64,000 nt of DNA, taken from contig CAVTHK010000007.1 in assembly GCA_963734495.1 (NCBI GenBank), positions 384,001-448,000 of the forward strand, given 5' to 3'. Position 1 is the stretch's first letter, and each line of letters starts with the position of its first letter. Below the pieces are notes generated by a model, which worked only from the letters and a program-made list of their open reading frames with translations, searched no databases and was not told the DNA's origin. Below are positions 22,296-31,960 of this stretch, one piece after another. Position numbers and translations under genes: made by a program. This DNA is from an uncultured Spirochaetota bacterium. Its GTDB lineage: Bacteria; Spirochaetota; Spirochaetia; SZUA-6; CAVTHK01.

Positions 22296-23329
22296 TGAGG
22301 AGCCCCTTCGAGGTCGCGCATCGCCTTGCGCACCTTGCGGTGCAGGGCGTCCGTCTCCTTGGTCATGGTGAGGAGCCTGCGGTACAGCCCCTCCGCCTTG
22401 GCCTTCTGCCCGAGCTGGGTCTGCGATTGCGCCACGTAGTAGATCGCCTCCGCGACGTCGGGGTGCTTGGGATAGGCCTGGACGAGCTCGGAGAAGGACT
22501 TGATCGAATCGCTGTAGCGCTTGAGGAAGAAGTGGCAGCGCCCGATCTCGAAGCGGCTCTTGGCGGCGTACTCCTGCTCGGCGCCGCCCGCGATGATCTC
22601 GCGGAACGCCTTGAGCGCCTCGTCGTACTTTTCCGCGGTGACGAGGCTCACGGCATCGTAGAAGCGCTGGCCTGTCCCGGAGAGCTCGCGGCTCTTCTCG
22701 GGCCGGGCCGCGGGGGCGGCGGCGCCCGCGGCGGCGGGAGCGGGAGCGGCGACGGCCGGCGCGGCGCCGGGGCCCCTGCCCTGCCCGTACTTCCCGAGCG
22801 CCTGCTCCGCGGACTCGAGGTGCCTGGTCGCCAGGTCCGCGTGCTTCCCCGACGGGTAGTACGTGAGGTAGCGGCCGAAAGCGTAGATCGCCTGCGCGTA
22901 CAGGCGGCTCTTGAGGTAGTACTCCGCTATGCTGAAGAGGCCCGCCTCCGGGTTGCTCTGCTCGTCGAGCGCCATCAGGCTCTGCACGCGCTTGTGGATG
23001 CGGCGGAGCTGGTTCGAGAACACCTGGAGCATCTTCATGACGACCCGGATGTTCTTGGACGCCATCGCCTCGAAGTCAGGGACCGACATCGAGATGCACT
23101 TGGCGTCGGTGAGCGCGATCGCGGTCTCGTCGCGGGGGTAGCGGCCGAGGGCCGACTTGACGCCGAAGAACTCGCCCGTCTTGACGAGCTCGTGGACGTC
23201 CTGCCCGGTCTCGACGTCCATGTACTTGATCGTCACCTTGCCCGCGTTCAGGATGAAGACCCGGTCGCTGATGTCGCCTTTGAAGTAGATGATGTTGTTC
23301 GGTCGGTAGCTAACGGCCTTCGGCGGCAC
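22292..23329 (-). CDS. cNMP-binding domain + TPR protein
   Basis: IYFKGDISDRVFILNAGKV, GEFFGVKSALGRYPRDETA; TPR-like repeats (YLTYYPSG, LVQAYPKHPDVAEAIYY). Confidence 0.85.
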   Translation of the reverse strand: MPPKAVSYRPNNIIYFKGDISDRVFILNAGKVTIKYMDVETGQDVHELVKTGEFFGVKSALGRYPRDETAIALTDAKCISMSVPDFEAMASKNIRVVMKMLQVFSNQLRRIHKRVQSLMALDEQSNPEAGLFSIAEYYLKSRLYAQAIYAFGRYLTYYPSGKHADLATRHLESAEQALGKYGQGRGPGAAPAVAAPAPAAAGAAAPAARPEKSRELSGTGQRFYDAVSLVTAEKYDEALKAFREIIAGGAEQEYAAKSRFEIGRCHFFLKRYSDSIKSFSELVQAYPKHPDVAEAIYYVAQSQTQLGQKAKAEGLYRRLLTMTKETDALHRKVRKAMRDLEGAPQ

Positions 23330-23344
23330 TCTTTTCAGCTCCCG

Positions 23345-24310
23345 CTACAGACTTTCCGTCCTGGCCTCTGGCGCTGGCCCGCCGTACTCGGCGGCGTTGA
23401 GACTCATCGGCGGCTCACACGGATTGTAAGTTTTGGCGTTGCGTCTGTCAACTTGCCCGACACTTGCCCGACAGAACGGGGCCGGCACGCACGGCCTTGC
23501 CGCGAGGCTCAGCGCATCGCCAGCGGGCTCGGCCGACACGAGGCAGACGGCGCGCCCCCACGAGTCCACGGCGCGCCTGGGGTTGAGCTGGTCGGTCGTC
23601 CGCTCCCCGTCGACGAGGAAGACGTAGGAGTGCGGGCCCGGCGGCAGCCTCAGGTCGATCGTGTACTCGCCGGGGGTGTCTTCGGCGAGGACGTGCATGT
23701 AGGGGTCCCACCGGTTGAAGTCTGCGACCAGCGCCACCCGCCTGCCGGGGTCTCCGAGGTAGCGGAAGCGCACGAGCCCGTCCGGCATCCATTCCGGGCT
23801 TCCGGGGGGCTTGATGTCGCGTGGATTGACCTCGATCACGGACCAGTCCAGCCGCGTGGCCTGGTCGAAGGTCCGCGCCGGGTTGTCCGGGTCCGGCATC
23901 CACAGCCCGTCGATCGTGACGCGGTACAGGAGCCGGCCATCGGGCGGCAGGCTCACCGTCGAGAGGTCCAGAGCCAGGACGAATATGGTGAAGGTTCCCG
24001 CGCCGCCGGGCGTCGTCGAGCGCCGGGTGATGCGGCCGTACACGTGCAGCGTCGGATCGTCGCGAAAGCGCAGCGCCACGTAGCGGGTGGGCGCCGCGGT
24101 CCGGTGGGCCAGGATGACCGTGCTGCCGTAGAGCTCCGGCGCGATCCCGGTATCGAGCGTTGCGATACGGTGCGAGGGCGAGAGGTAGACGCCGCCGGGC
24201 GCGGCCGCCTGGGCCGCGAGGGAGAGACAGGCGGCCATGAACACGGCCGCTGCCGCGGCGCGGCGGGCCTGGCCACGCCCGGATGCCGGCTTGGAGACGC
24301 GCGCGCTCAT
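23345..24310 (-). CDS. Exported glycogen-binding (CBM48/AMPK-like) domain protein; true stop may be near 23510
   Basis: Signal peptide; two repeats YRVTIDGLWMPDPDNP and VADFNRWDP...LPPGPHSYVFLVDGERTTDQLNP. Confidence 0.8.
   Translation of the reverse strand: MSARVSKPASGRGQARRAAAAAVFMAACLSLAAQAAAPGGVYLSPSHRIATLDTGIAPELYGSTVILAHRTAAPTRYVALRFRDDPTLHVYGRITRRSTTPGGAGTFTIFVLALDLSTVSLPPDGRLLYRVTIDGLWMPDPDNPARTFDQATRLDWSVIEVNPRDIKPPGSPEWMPDGLVRFRYLGDPGRRVALVADFNRWDPYMHVLAEDTPGEYTIDLRLPPGPHSYVFLVDGERTTDQLNPRRAVDSWGRAVCLVSAEPAGDALSLAARPCVPAPFCRASVGQVDRRNAKTYNPCEPPMSLNAAEYGGPAPEARTESL
23423..23472 (-). promoter_or_regulatory. sigma70 promoter of the cNMP/Crp operon with an 11-bp tandem repeat at the -35
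   Basis: Minus strand TTGACA-17-TACAAT; (ACTTGCCCGAC)x2 at 23451-23472. Confidence 0.7.
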
Positions 24311-24342
24311 GCTATATTGGTTTTCGGCGCGGTTTCGCGGCC

Positions 24343-24370
24343 GCTTGAGCGTGCTTGAGCGTGCTTGAGC
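24343..24370. repeat. 10-bp tandem repeat (GTGCTTGAGC, ~2.8 copies) in a divergent promoter region
   Basis: gcttgagc-gtgcttgagc-gtgcttgagc. Confidence 0.85.
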
Positions 24371-24432
24371 CGACGCGATTCGCGTGATAATCCCTTCCCG
24401 AGGGAAGGCCGAAATTCGCAATAGGAGGCTTC

Positions 24433-27400
24433 TTGCCTACTCTCGAGAGGATCCGCCAGTTCGAGAAAGCCCTCGTGTCGCTGGGCGCCGAGCGCGAGAT
24501 CCTTGCGGAGCGCGGCGAGGAGATCGAAGAGGTTTCGCCGCCGGGCGAGCCGATCTCCCCGGACCTCCAGGACCTGCTGGCGCCGCCCGAGCCGGCGGCC
24601 GGCGGGGAGCCTCCCGCCGCGACGGGCCCGCTCGAGGCGCCTGCGCCGCCTCCCGAGCCGGCCGAAGCGGAGCCCATCGGCGACGAGCTGCTCGACACGC
24701 TCGACCTCGACGCCCTCGGGCTCGGCGAGGAGACGCCGGCCGAAGGGGCCGAGGACGCCGGGCCCGGCGAGACTGTCGAGCCCGCCGACGGCTCGGAGGA
24801 GTTCACCCTGCCGGAGGGGCTCTTCGACACCGGAGACCAGGCCGGGGGCGAAGCCGAGCCCGCCGCGTCCTCCGAGGTGTTCGAGCTCCCCGAAGAGGCG
24901 CCCGGCGCTTTCGACGAAGGCCCGAAGGAGCAGGCCGGAGAGCAGCAGACCGCGGAGGTCCCCGAAGAGCCCCCCGCGCCTCCCGGCGAGGGCGCCGGGG
25001 AGACGCCCTTCGACCTGCCTGATCTGCCTGACCTGCCCGATCTCCCGCTCGAAGCCGCCGAGACCGAGCTGCCGGTCGGGTTGCCTGAGGAGCTCGCGCC
25101 GCCCGCCGCTCCCCAAAGCGCGGACCAGTTCGAGGTTCCGGAGATCGGCCAGAGCGAGCCGGCGGCCCTTCCCGAAGAGATCTCCTTTGACGAGAACGAG
25201 GCAGAGCCGAGCCTTGATGAGTTGACCGAAACTCCGGAGCCCGTCGAGCCCGCCGAACCCGCGGAGCCGGGGACGGGCCCCGCCCCGCTCGCCGAGTCGG
25301 AGGTGGGGCAGCCGGAGCGGGACCAGGACTTCGTCATCGACGAGTTCGCGCTGCCCGGCGCGGAAGAGACACCGGCGCAAGAGGAGCAGCCCTCTCCGCC
25401 GCCCGGAGCCGCGGGTGCTCCCCCCGTGGGACGCGGCCCGCGTGTCCGGGGCCGCAGAGCCGGGGAGCCCCGCTCAGAGTACAGCGACAGGGAGTTCGCC
25501 GCGATCCGCCGGGCGCTCGCCGACCTGCCGCTCAACCTCAGGGCGGCGGTCGAGGAGCAGATCGGCAATCGGACGATCACAGGCGAAGCCCTCCGCCGCA
25601 TCCTCGACCTCCTCATCGGCGGCGCCGCGGCTTCGGAGATTGCCCGCGCCCTCGCGCAGGCCACGGGCGTCCGCATATCGCTTCCGCGTTACCTGGAAAA
25701 GGGCACCGGCGTCGAGTTCGAGCGCGAACGGGCCAGCCTCGGATACCTGCTGCGCAAGGCCGTGGTTCCCGCGCTCCAGGTGCTGATCCCCGTCGCGGGG
25801 CTGATCGTCGGGCTGGCGTTCGCGGCGAACGAGGCCATCATCAAGCCGCTGCAGTCGCAGCGCGACTACCGCGGCGCCATCGCGCAGATCGAGGCCGGGC
25901 AGTTCGACGCGGCGGCGCGTACCTTCAACGTCGCCACACGGCGCCGCGCCATCCCCAGATGGTTCTACCGGACGGCCGACGCATACCGGAAGAAGGAGCA
26001 GTACGACCGGGCCGGCGACATCTACGAGCGCCTGATCGGCAGCCGCACCCTGCTCGGAGTCGATTCGAACCTCGCGACGGCCGCCGACAAGAGGCAGGAC
26101 GACAAGGACCGCCGGGGGGCGAGGCTGCATCCCTACGAGCGGGACGCCGTCCTCGCCTACGCGAACATGAGGACCTACGAGACCTTCGAGTACGACAAGG
26201 CTGAAGGGCTGCTCAACACGTATTTCGAAAAGACCGGCAACAGGGGCGACTACAAGGCGCTTCTCGCCCTCGGCGACAACTACATCGAGTGGGGCTCCGA
26301 GGTGCCCGGCAAGTACACGGATGCCGAGGTCACCTACCGCAAGGCCATGCGCGAGCAGAGGCCCGCGACCGACGAGCCGATCATGCGCATCCTGCGCTAC
26401 TACGCGCGCACCGGCAAGGTCGACGACGTCGAGAAGCTGGTGCTCGGGTTCGAGTCCAGGCCGCGCTCCAGGATCGACCCGCAGATCTACTCCGAAGCCG
26501 CCGGAGCGCTCATCGACGCCGGCCGCTACGCCATCGCCCGCAGGGCCCTCGGCCGCGCTCACGACACGGACCCCCGCGTGCCGGAAACCATGTTCCAGTT
26601 CGCGCGGCTGTTCCGCTGGCTCGACAACCCGACCGACGAGGAGCGGGCGCTCAGGAACGCGCTGGAGGCCTTCAAGGGCCGGTCGGCCCTGTCGCGGCGG
26701 CAGAGGGAGCAGGCGATCCTCTCGCGCGCGTCGCTGGGAGAGCTCTACTATCGCGGGAACGAGCCCGTCAAAGCCCAGGCCGAGTACACGGAAGCCATCA
26801 AGACGCTCGAGGACGATCTCGCGGCCCGGAGGCTCAAACCGGATCCGAAGCTCGGCCGCGTGTATGCCGACAGCGCCGACGTCCACTACTACTTCGACAG
26901 GGATCTCCAGAGCGCCCTCGCGCTGTACCAGAAGGCCCGCGACCAGGGGATGAAGGACGACGACCTGTCCTACAAGATCGGCTACATCCATTACGATCGC
27001 GCGGTGTCGCTAGCCGCAGCAGGGGCGCGCCGCCGCCGCCGAAGGCGACACCTCGGCCGCCGCGCTCGAGTTCCACCAGGTCGTGGAGGCCGAACGCGAC
27101 AACCCGAGCGCCCTCTTCGCGATGGCCAACACGCTGTACCTGCGCGGCGACTACCTCGCGGCGCAGGGCTACTACAACATCCTGCTCCGCCAGCTCGAGG
27201 CCCAGCGCCAGCGCACTCCGCTGCTGCAGCCCCAGGACAACGCGCAGCACCACGACCTGGTCGATCTCTCGATGCGCGCGTTCAACAACCTTGGCGTGAC
27301 CGAGAAGAGGATAGCCGAGGACTCCCGCGCGCCCGGCAGGGAAGCGCGGGCCAACTACTACCTGCAGCGATCGATCGAGTTCTACGACCTGCTCACCCGT

Positions 27401-27538
27401 ACGCCCGTCACGCTGGTCAGGTCCGAAGCGCGGAACCTCGGCTTCATCAACTCCCGCGCCCTGATGTATCCCCAGTCGGGCGTGGAGCTGCAGATCTACC
27501 GCGAGATACCGCTGGACCTCGAGAGCGCGCGGTTCTGA
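24433..27538 (+). CDS. flcA: Periplasmic flagellar collar protein FlcA-like TPR protein (frameshift near 27030)
   Basis: N-terminal LVSLGAEREILAERGEEIEEV, long acidic/Pro linker, LPLNLRAAVEEQI, one TM, many TPRs, C-terminal IYREIPLDLE; AGGAGG RBS. Confidence 0.72.
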
Positions 27539-27545
27539 GCGGGGG

Positions 27546-28661
27546 TCACCTGCGGGCGGCGGCCGGCATCGGGACCGGGGTCATCCAGCCGAACTTGTCC
27601 TCGACGGCGCCGTACTGGATGCCCTTGAGGGTGATCAGCAGCGCGCGGGTCGTGTCGCCCATCCTGCCCTTGTTGTAGACCGCCGTGCGGCCCTTGTGGG
27701 TGACCGACTCGATAAAGGCGATCCCCGCGGCCGTGCCGGTCACAAAGCACTCTTTCGCGTCCGTAAACGCCTCGTCGACCGAGATCTTGCGCTCCGCGGT
27801 GGGGATGCCCATGCTGGCCGCAAGCTCGAGGATCGACTTGCGCGTGACTCCCGGCAGGATCGTGTCGCCGAGCTCCGGCGTCGCGAGCGTCCCATCCTTC
27901 ATGAGGAAGAACAGGTTGCAGGAGGAGCCTTCTTCAAAGTACTTCTGCTCCCTGGCGTCGAGAAAGAGGGCCTCCATGTAGCCCTGCTCCATCACGGCGT
28001 ACTTTACCAGCGTCGGGGTGACGTAGTTCGCGTCGCACTTGATCCAGCCGGTGCCGCCGGGAAAGGCGCGTATCTTGTCGGTGGTGACGGCCCTCGAGCG
28101 CCCGGGCTCGAAGTAGGCCCCGACGTTGGACGTGACGATGATCACCCAGGGCGCGTGCGAAAGGTTCAGCCCGATCCCCGGCTCGGAGTAGGAGAACGGG
28201 CGCATGTACACCGCCTCGCCGGAAAGGAAATCGTCCTTCTCCCAGGCGGGGTTGTAGCGCGCCAGAAAGCCAAGCTCCGCGTTGCGGGCGATGACGCCGA
28301 CGCATGCGTCGACGAACGCCTTTTCGGGAAAGGCCGGCATCCGGAGCCCCCGCATCGAGTTCGCCATGCGCTCGCCGTTGCGGTCCGGTCTGAAGATCTT
28401 GTATCCGCCGTCCTTCTGCGGCATCGCCTTGATCCCTTCGAAGACACCGAACCCGTACTGCGTCGTGTAGTTGACGAGGGGGAGCCCCTCGATGGCGTTG
28501 CGGCGCACGAGCAGCTCCGCGCGCTCGTCGTCGGAAAGGCGCGCCTCCTCCGCGGGGGTCTTGTGCGGCTGCTCGATGTAGCGCTCTTCCCAGCGGCCCT
28601 CCTCGACGTAGCGGGCCAGGTAGATCCAGGGATTGACTTGAAGGCTGAAGCCCTTTGCCAT
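27546..28661 (-). CDS. ilvE: Branched-chain amino acid aminotransferase (class IV)
   Basis: QYGFGVFEGIKA, FRPDRNGERM, GGTGWIKCDANY, EEGSSCNLF, ILPGVTRKSI, CFVTGTAA. Confidence 0.88.
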   Translation of the reverse strand: MAKGFSLQVNPWIYLARYVEEGRWEERYIEQPHKTPAEEARLSDDERAELLVRRNAIEGLPLVNYTTQYGFGVFEGIKAMPQKDGGYKIFRPDRNGERMANSMRGLRMPAFPEKAFVDACVGVIARNAELGFLARYNPAWEKDDFLSGEAVYMRPFSYSEPGIGLNLSHAPWVIIVTSNVGAYFEPGRSRAVTTDKIRAFPGGTGWIKCDANYVTPTLVKYAVMEQGYMEALFLDAREQKYFEEGSSCNLFFLMKDGTLATPELGDTILPGVTRKSILELAASMGIPTAERKISVDEAFTDAKECFVTGTAAGIAFIESVTHKGRTAVYNKGRMGDTTRALLITLKGIQYGAVEDKFGWMTPVPMPAAARR

Positions 28662-28815
28662 CGGCGACTCCTCGCGCGACAGGATAGCGGTGCGGAATTG
28701 TAGACTCGCGCACCCGCTGGAGTCAACCCGCCGAGGACGGCGGGCCGCTGTACGAGCGCCCCTCGTTGACGCCCGCGGGGCCTCGAGGCGATATTCTATC
28801 CGAGGCCTTTGCCTG

Positions 28816-29982
28816 GTGACCCTCAAGTGGATGTCGTCCATCTCGGAGATCGACCGCGGCGCATGGAACGCGCTCGCTGAGCCGCTCGAGACCCCGCTGC
28901 TCGAGTGGGACTGGCTGCGCCAGATGGAGGTCTCGGGCAGCATCGCACCGGAGAGCGGCTGGGTGCCCCTTCACCTGACTCTCTGGCGCGACGGCCTGCT
29001 CGCGGCCGCCGCCCCGATGTACGTCAAGGGACACAGCTCCGGGGAGTTCGTCTGGGACCATGTCTGGGCCGACGTCGCGAGTCAACTCGGAGTCCGCTAC
29101 TACCCCAAGCTGATCGGGATGAGCCCCGCCACGCCCGCGGTCGGCTACCGTTTCCTCGTGGCGCCGGGCGAGGACGAAGCTCAGGTCACGGCCGCCATGC
29201 TCGAGCAGATCGAGCAGCTGTGCGGCAAGAACAACGTGTCGAGCTGCGGCTTCAACTTCGTCGACCCGGCCTGGAAGGACCTCCTGGAAAAGCTCGGCTA
29301 CACGGCGTGGGCTCACCAGAGCTACGCATGGGTCAACGAGGGCTTCGTCACGTTCGAAGACTACCTGGCGCGCTTCGACAAGAACCAGCGGCGCAACATC
29401 AGGCGCGAGCGCGCGAGCGTCGAGGAGGCGGGAGTGACGCTGCGCGCCCTGACGGGGGACGAGATCCCGAGCTCGTACTACCCCCTCATGTACCGCTTCT
29501 ACAGCAACACGAACGCGCAGTTCGGGCCCTGGGCTGCCAAGTTCCTCACGCGCAAGTTCTTCCTGGGCCTGGCCGAGGGCTTCCGCCACCGCCTCCTGTT
29601 CGTCGCCGCCTACGAACGCAAGGGCTCGGAGCCGATCGCGATGTCCTTTTTGATCACCAAGGGCGGGCAGCTCATCGGCCGCTACTGGGGCGCCTCGAAA
29701 TTCGTGAGCAACCTCCATTTCGACACCTGTTACTACACGCCGATCCAGTGGGCGATCGAGCAGGGAAAAAGCTTCTTCGATCCCGGCGCAGGCTCGCCGC
29801 ACAAGATCCGCAGGGGGTTCCAGGCGGTTGCGAACCACAGCCTCCACCGCTTCTTCGACGACGACATGCGGCGCGTGATGGAAAAGCACATCGGCCGCAT
29901 CAACCGCATGGAGCAGGAGGAGATCGACGGGATGAACTCGGCGCTCCCGTTCGCGCACAAGCCTCCCCAAGCCGGTGGCTGA
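28816..29982 (+). CDS. FemAB-like / DUF482 GNAT family protein
   Basis: APMYVKGHSSGEFVWDHVWA, YYPKLIGMSPATP, GRYWG, LHFDTCYY, HKIRRGF. Confidence 0.88.
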   Translation: MTLKWMSSISEIDRGAWNALAEPLETPLLEWDWLRQMEVSGSIAPESGWVPLHLTLWRDGLLAAAAPMYVKGHSSGEFVWDHVWADVASQLGVRYYPKLIGMSPATPAVGYRFLVAPGEDEAQVTAAMLEQIEQLCGKNNVSSCGFNFVDPAWKDLLEKLGYTAWAHQSYAWVNEGFVTFEDYLARFDKNQRRNIRRERASVEEAGVTLRALTGDEIPSSYYPLMYRFYSNTNAQFGPWAAKFLTRKFFLGLAEGFRHRLLFVAAYERKGSEPIAMSFLITKGGQLIGRYWGASKFVSNLHFDTCYYTPIQWAIEQGKSFFDPGAGSPHKIRRGFQAVANHSLHRFFDDDMRRVMEKHIGRINRMEQEEIDGMNSALPFAHKPPQAGG

Positions 29983-30616
29983 CGTCGGGGGGTCCCCCCG
30001 GGGCGCCACGGTCAACGAAGACCTCCTCATCGAGTACGAGCGCGCCCGGGTCCCCGCCTGGCGGATCTACGAGCCGCGCGAGACCTGCGTCGTGCTCGGC
30101 GCCGGCAGGCACGGGAAGGGCGACGTGCTCGAGGAGAACGCGGCGGCCGACGGCGTTCCCGTGCTCTCGCGCAAGGGCGGCGGCGGCACGGTCGTCCTTT
30201 CGCCGGGGATGGTCGTCCTCGCGCTGGCCACCGAGGTCGCCTCGCCATTCCGCAACCGCGAGTACGCGAGCCGGATCAACGGCTGGATCCGCGAGGCGCT
30301 CGCGGGGGCCGGGGTCGACGGAGTCGAGGAGAGAGGCATCTCCGATCTCGCCCTCGGCGACGTCAAGATCGCGGGCACGTCGATCTTTCGCCGCCGGCTC
30401 ATCCTCTTCTACCAGGCGAGCCTCCTCGTGGCCAACGACATCGGCCTCTTCGACCGCTACCTCGCCTACCCTTCGTCCGTCCCCGACTACCGCGCCGGCC
30501 GCGGCCACGACGCGTTCTGCACGACGCTGCGGCGCGCCGGCTTCCCCCTGCGGGTCGGGGACGTGATCGCGGCGCTCGAGCCCGTCGTGGCCTGCGGCCT
30601 GCCCGCGCTGCGGTAG
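29975..30616 (+). CDS. Lipoate-protein ligase (LplA/LipM-like catalytic domain)
   Basis: VPVLSRKGGGGTVVLSPG, GISDLALGDVKIAG, DYRAGRGHDAF. Confidence 0.8.
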   Translation: MADVGGSPRGATVNEDLLIEYERARVPAWRIYEPRETCVVLGAGRHGKGDVLEENAAADGVPVLSRKGGGGTVVLSPGMVVLALATEVASPFRNREYASRINGWIREALAGAGVDGVEERGISDLALGDVKIAGTSIFRRRLILFYQASLLVANDIGLFDRYLAYPSSVPDYRAGRGHDAFCTTLRRAGFPLRVGDVIAALEPVVACGLPALR

Positions 30617-30630
30617 TCGCGCGCCTGTTC

Positions 30631-30659
30631 TTGACAGCGTCCGGGGCGGCCGGTAACTT
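30631..30659 (+). promoter_or_regulatory. sigma70 promoter, probably leaderless
   Basis: TTGACA-17-TAACTT, 6 nt before GTG 30666; no RBS. Confidence 0.7.
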
Positions 30660-30665
30660 CAGCGA

Positions 30666-31937
30666 GTGAAGACCACAGCCCTCCGGCTCTACGGCAAGAA
30701 CGACCTTCGCCTGGAAACCTTCGACCTGCCTCCGATCGGCGAGCGCGAGATCCTCGCCGACATCGTCTCGGACAGCGTCTGCATGTCGACGTACAAGGCG
30801 ACGATCCAGGGCATGGAGCACAAGCGCGTGCCGAAGGATATCGCCGACAAGCCCGTGATCGTGGGCCACGAGTTCTGCGGCCGCATCATCGAGACGGGAC
30901 GCGACGTGGACAGCGTCTTCCGCCCGGGGATGAAATACGCCATCCAGCCGGCGCTCAACGCGCCGGGTCGCGAGCTCGAAGCGCCCGGCTACAGCTACCG
31001 TTACATCGGCGGGGACGCGACGCGCATCGTCATCCCCGCGGAGGTGATGGAGCTCGGCTGCCTGCTGCCGTACGACGGCGAAGGCTACTTCAAGGCCTCG
31101 CTCGCGGAACCGGTCTCCTGCGTGATCGGAGCGTTCAAGACCTCCTATCACTTCAAGCAGGGCGAGTACGTGCACCGGATGGGCATCGTCGAGGGAGGCG
31201 CCTGCGCCCTCCTCGCCGCCGCCGGCCCCATGGGCATGCTGGCCATCGACTACGCCGTGCACGGCCCGCGCAGGCCCCGGCTGCTCGTGGTCACCGACAT
31301 CGACCAGGGGCGCCTCGACCGCGCAGCCCGCTACTTCACCGTGGCCGACGCTCGCCGCCACGGGGTCGACCTGCACTACGTCAACACCAAGGGGCCCGAT
31401 GCCCCGGCGGCCCTGATGGCGCTGGTCGGAGGCAAGGGCTATGACGATGTGTTCGTCTTCGCCCCCGTGACGCCGGTGGTCGAGCAGGGCGCAAAGCTGC
31501 TGGCCTTCAACGGATGTCTCAACTTTTTCGCGGGCCCGTCCGACAGGAGCTTCGGCGCCGCCATCAACTTTTACGATATCCACTACTCGGGCCACCACTA
31601 CGCCGGCTCGTCCGGGGGCAACACGGAGGACATGAAGGACGCGCTGCGGCTGATGTCCCAGGGCGCGCTGAACCCGTCCGTGCTCATCACCCACGTCGGA
31701 GGGCTCGATGCCGCGGCCGGGACCATCAAGGAGCTGCCGCACATCCCGGGCGGGAAGAAGCTGATCTACACGCAGATCGCCATGCCCCTCGTGGCCCTCG
31801 ACGACTTCGAGAACCTGGGCAAGCGCGATCCCGTGTTCCGCGAGCTCGCCCGGATCACGGCCGCCGGCGACGGCCTCTGGTCCGTGCAGGCCGAAGAATA
31901 CCTGCTCGCCCACGCGAAGCCGATCAGCGTCGGGTGA
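30666..31937 (+). CDS. sorE: Zn-dependent dehydrogenase, L-sorbose-1-phosphate reductase (SorE)-like
   Basis: MKTTALRLYGKNDLRLETFDLP, SDSVCMSTYKA, HKRVP...GHEFCG, SLAEPVSCVIGAF, GSSGGNTEDM, IPGGKKLIY. Confidence 0.8.
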   Translation: MKTTALRLYGKNDLRLETFDLPPIGEREILADIVSDSVCMSTYKATIQGMEHKRVPKDIADKPVIVGHEFCGRIIETGRDVDSVFRPGMKYAIQPALNAPGRELEAPGYSYRYIGGDATRIVIPAEVMELGCLLPYDGEGYFKASLAEPVSCVIGAFKTSYHFKQGEYVHRMGIVEGGACALLAAAGPMGMLAIDYAVHGPRRPRLLVVTDIDQGRLDRAARYFTVADARRHGVDLHYVNTKGPDAPAALMALVGGKGYDDVFVFAPVTPVVEQGAKLLAFNGCLNFFAGPSDRSFGAAINFYDIHYSGHHYAGSSGGNTEDMKDALRLMSQGALNPSVLITHVGGLDAAAGTIKELPHIPGGKKLIYTQIAMPLVALDDFENLGKRDPVFRELARITAAGDGLWSVQAEEYLLAHAKPISVG

Positions 31938-31960
31938 AGAAGGTCTCGGCGCAGGGAGGC

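Noticed and set aside
22340..24358. Long antisense or alternate-frame ORFs (also 31766-33895, 48775-50694, 56321-58804 and others)
   Set aside because: Arg/Ala/Pro-rich shadows of real genes, expected in high-GC DNA; no motifs
24540..25440. Repetitive DNA in flcA as an array
   Set aside because: It encodes an acidic/Pro low-complexity linker; no repeat-spacer structure. No CRISPR array was seen anywhere in the window
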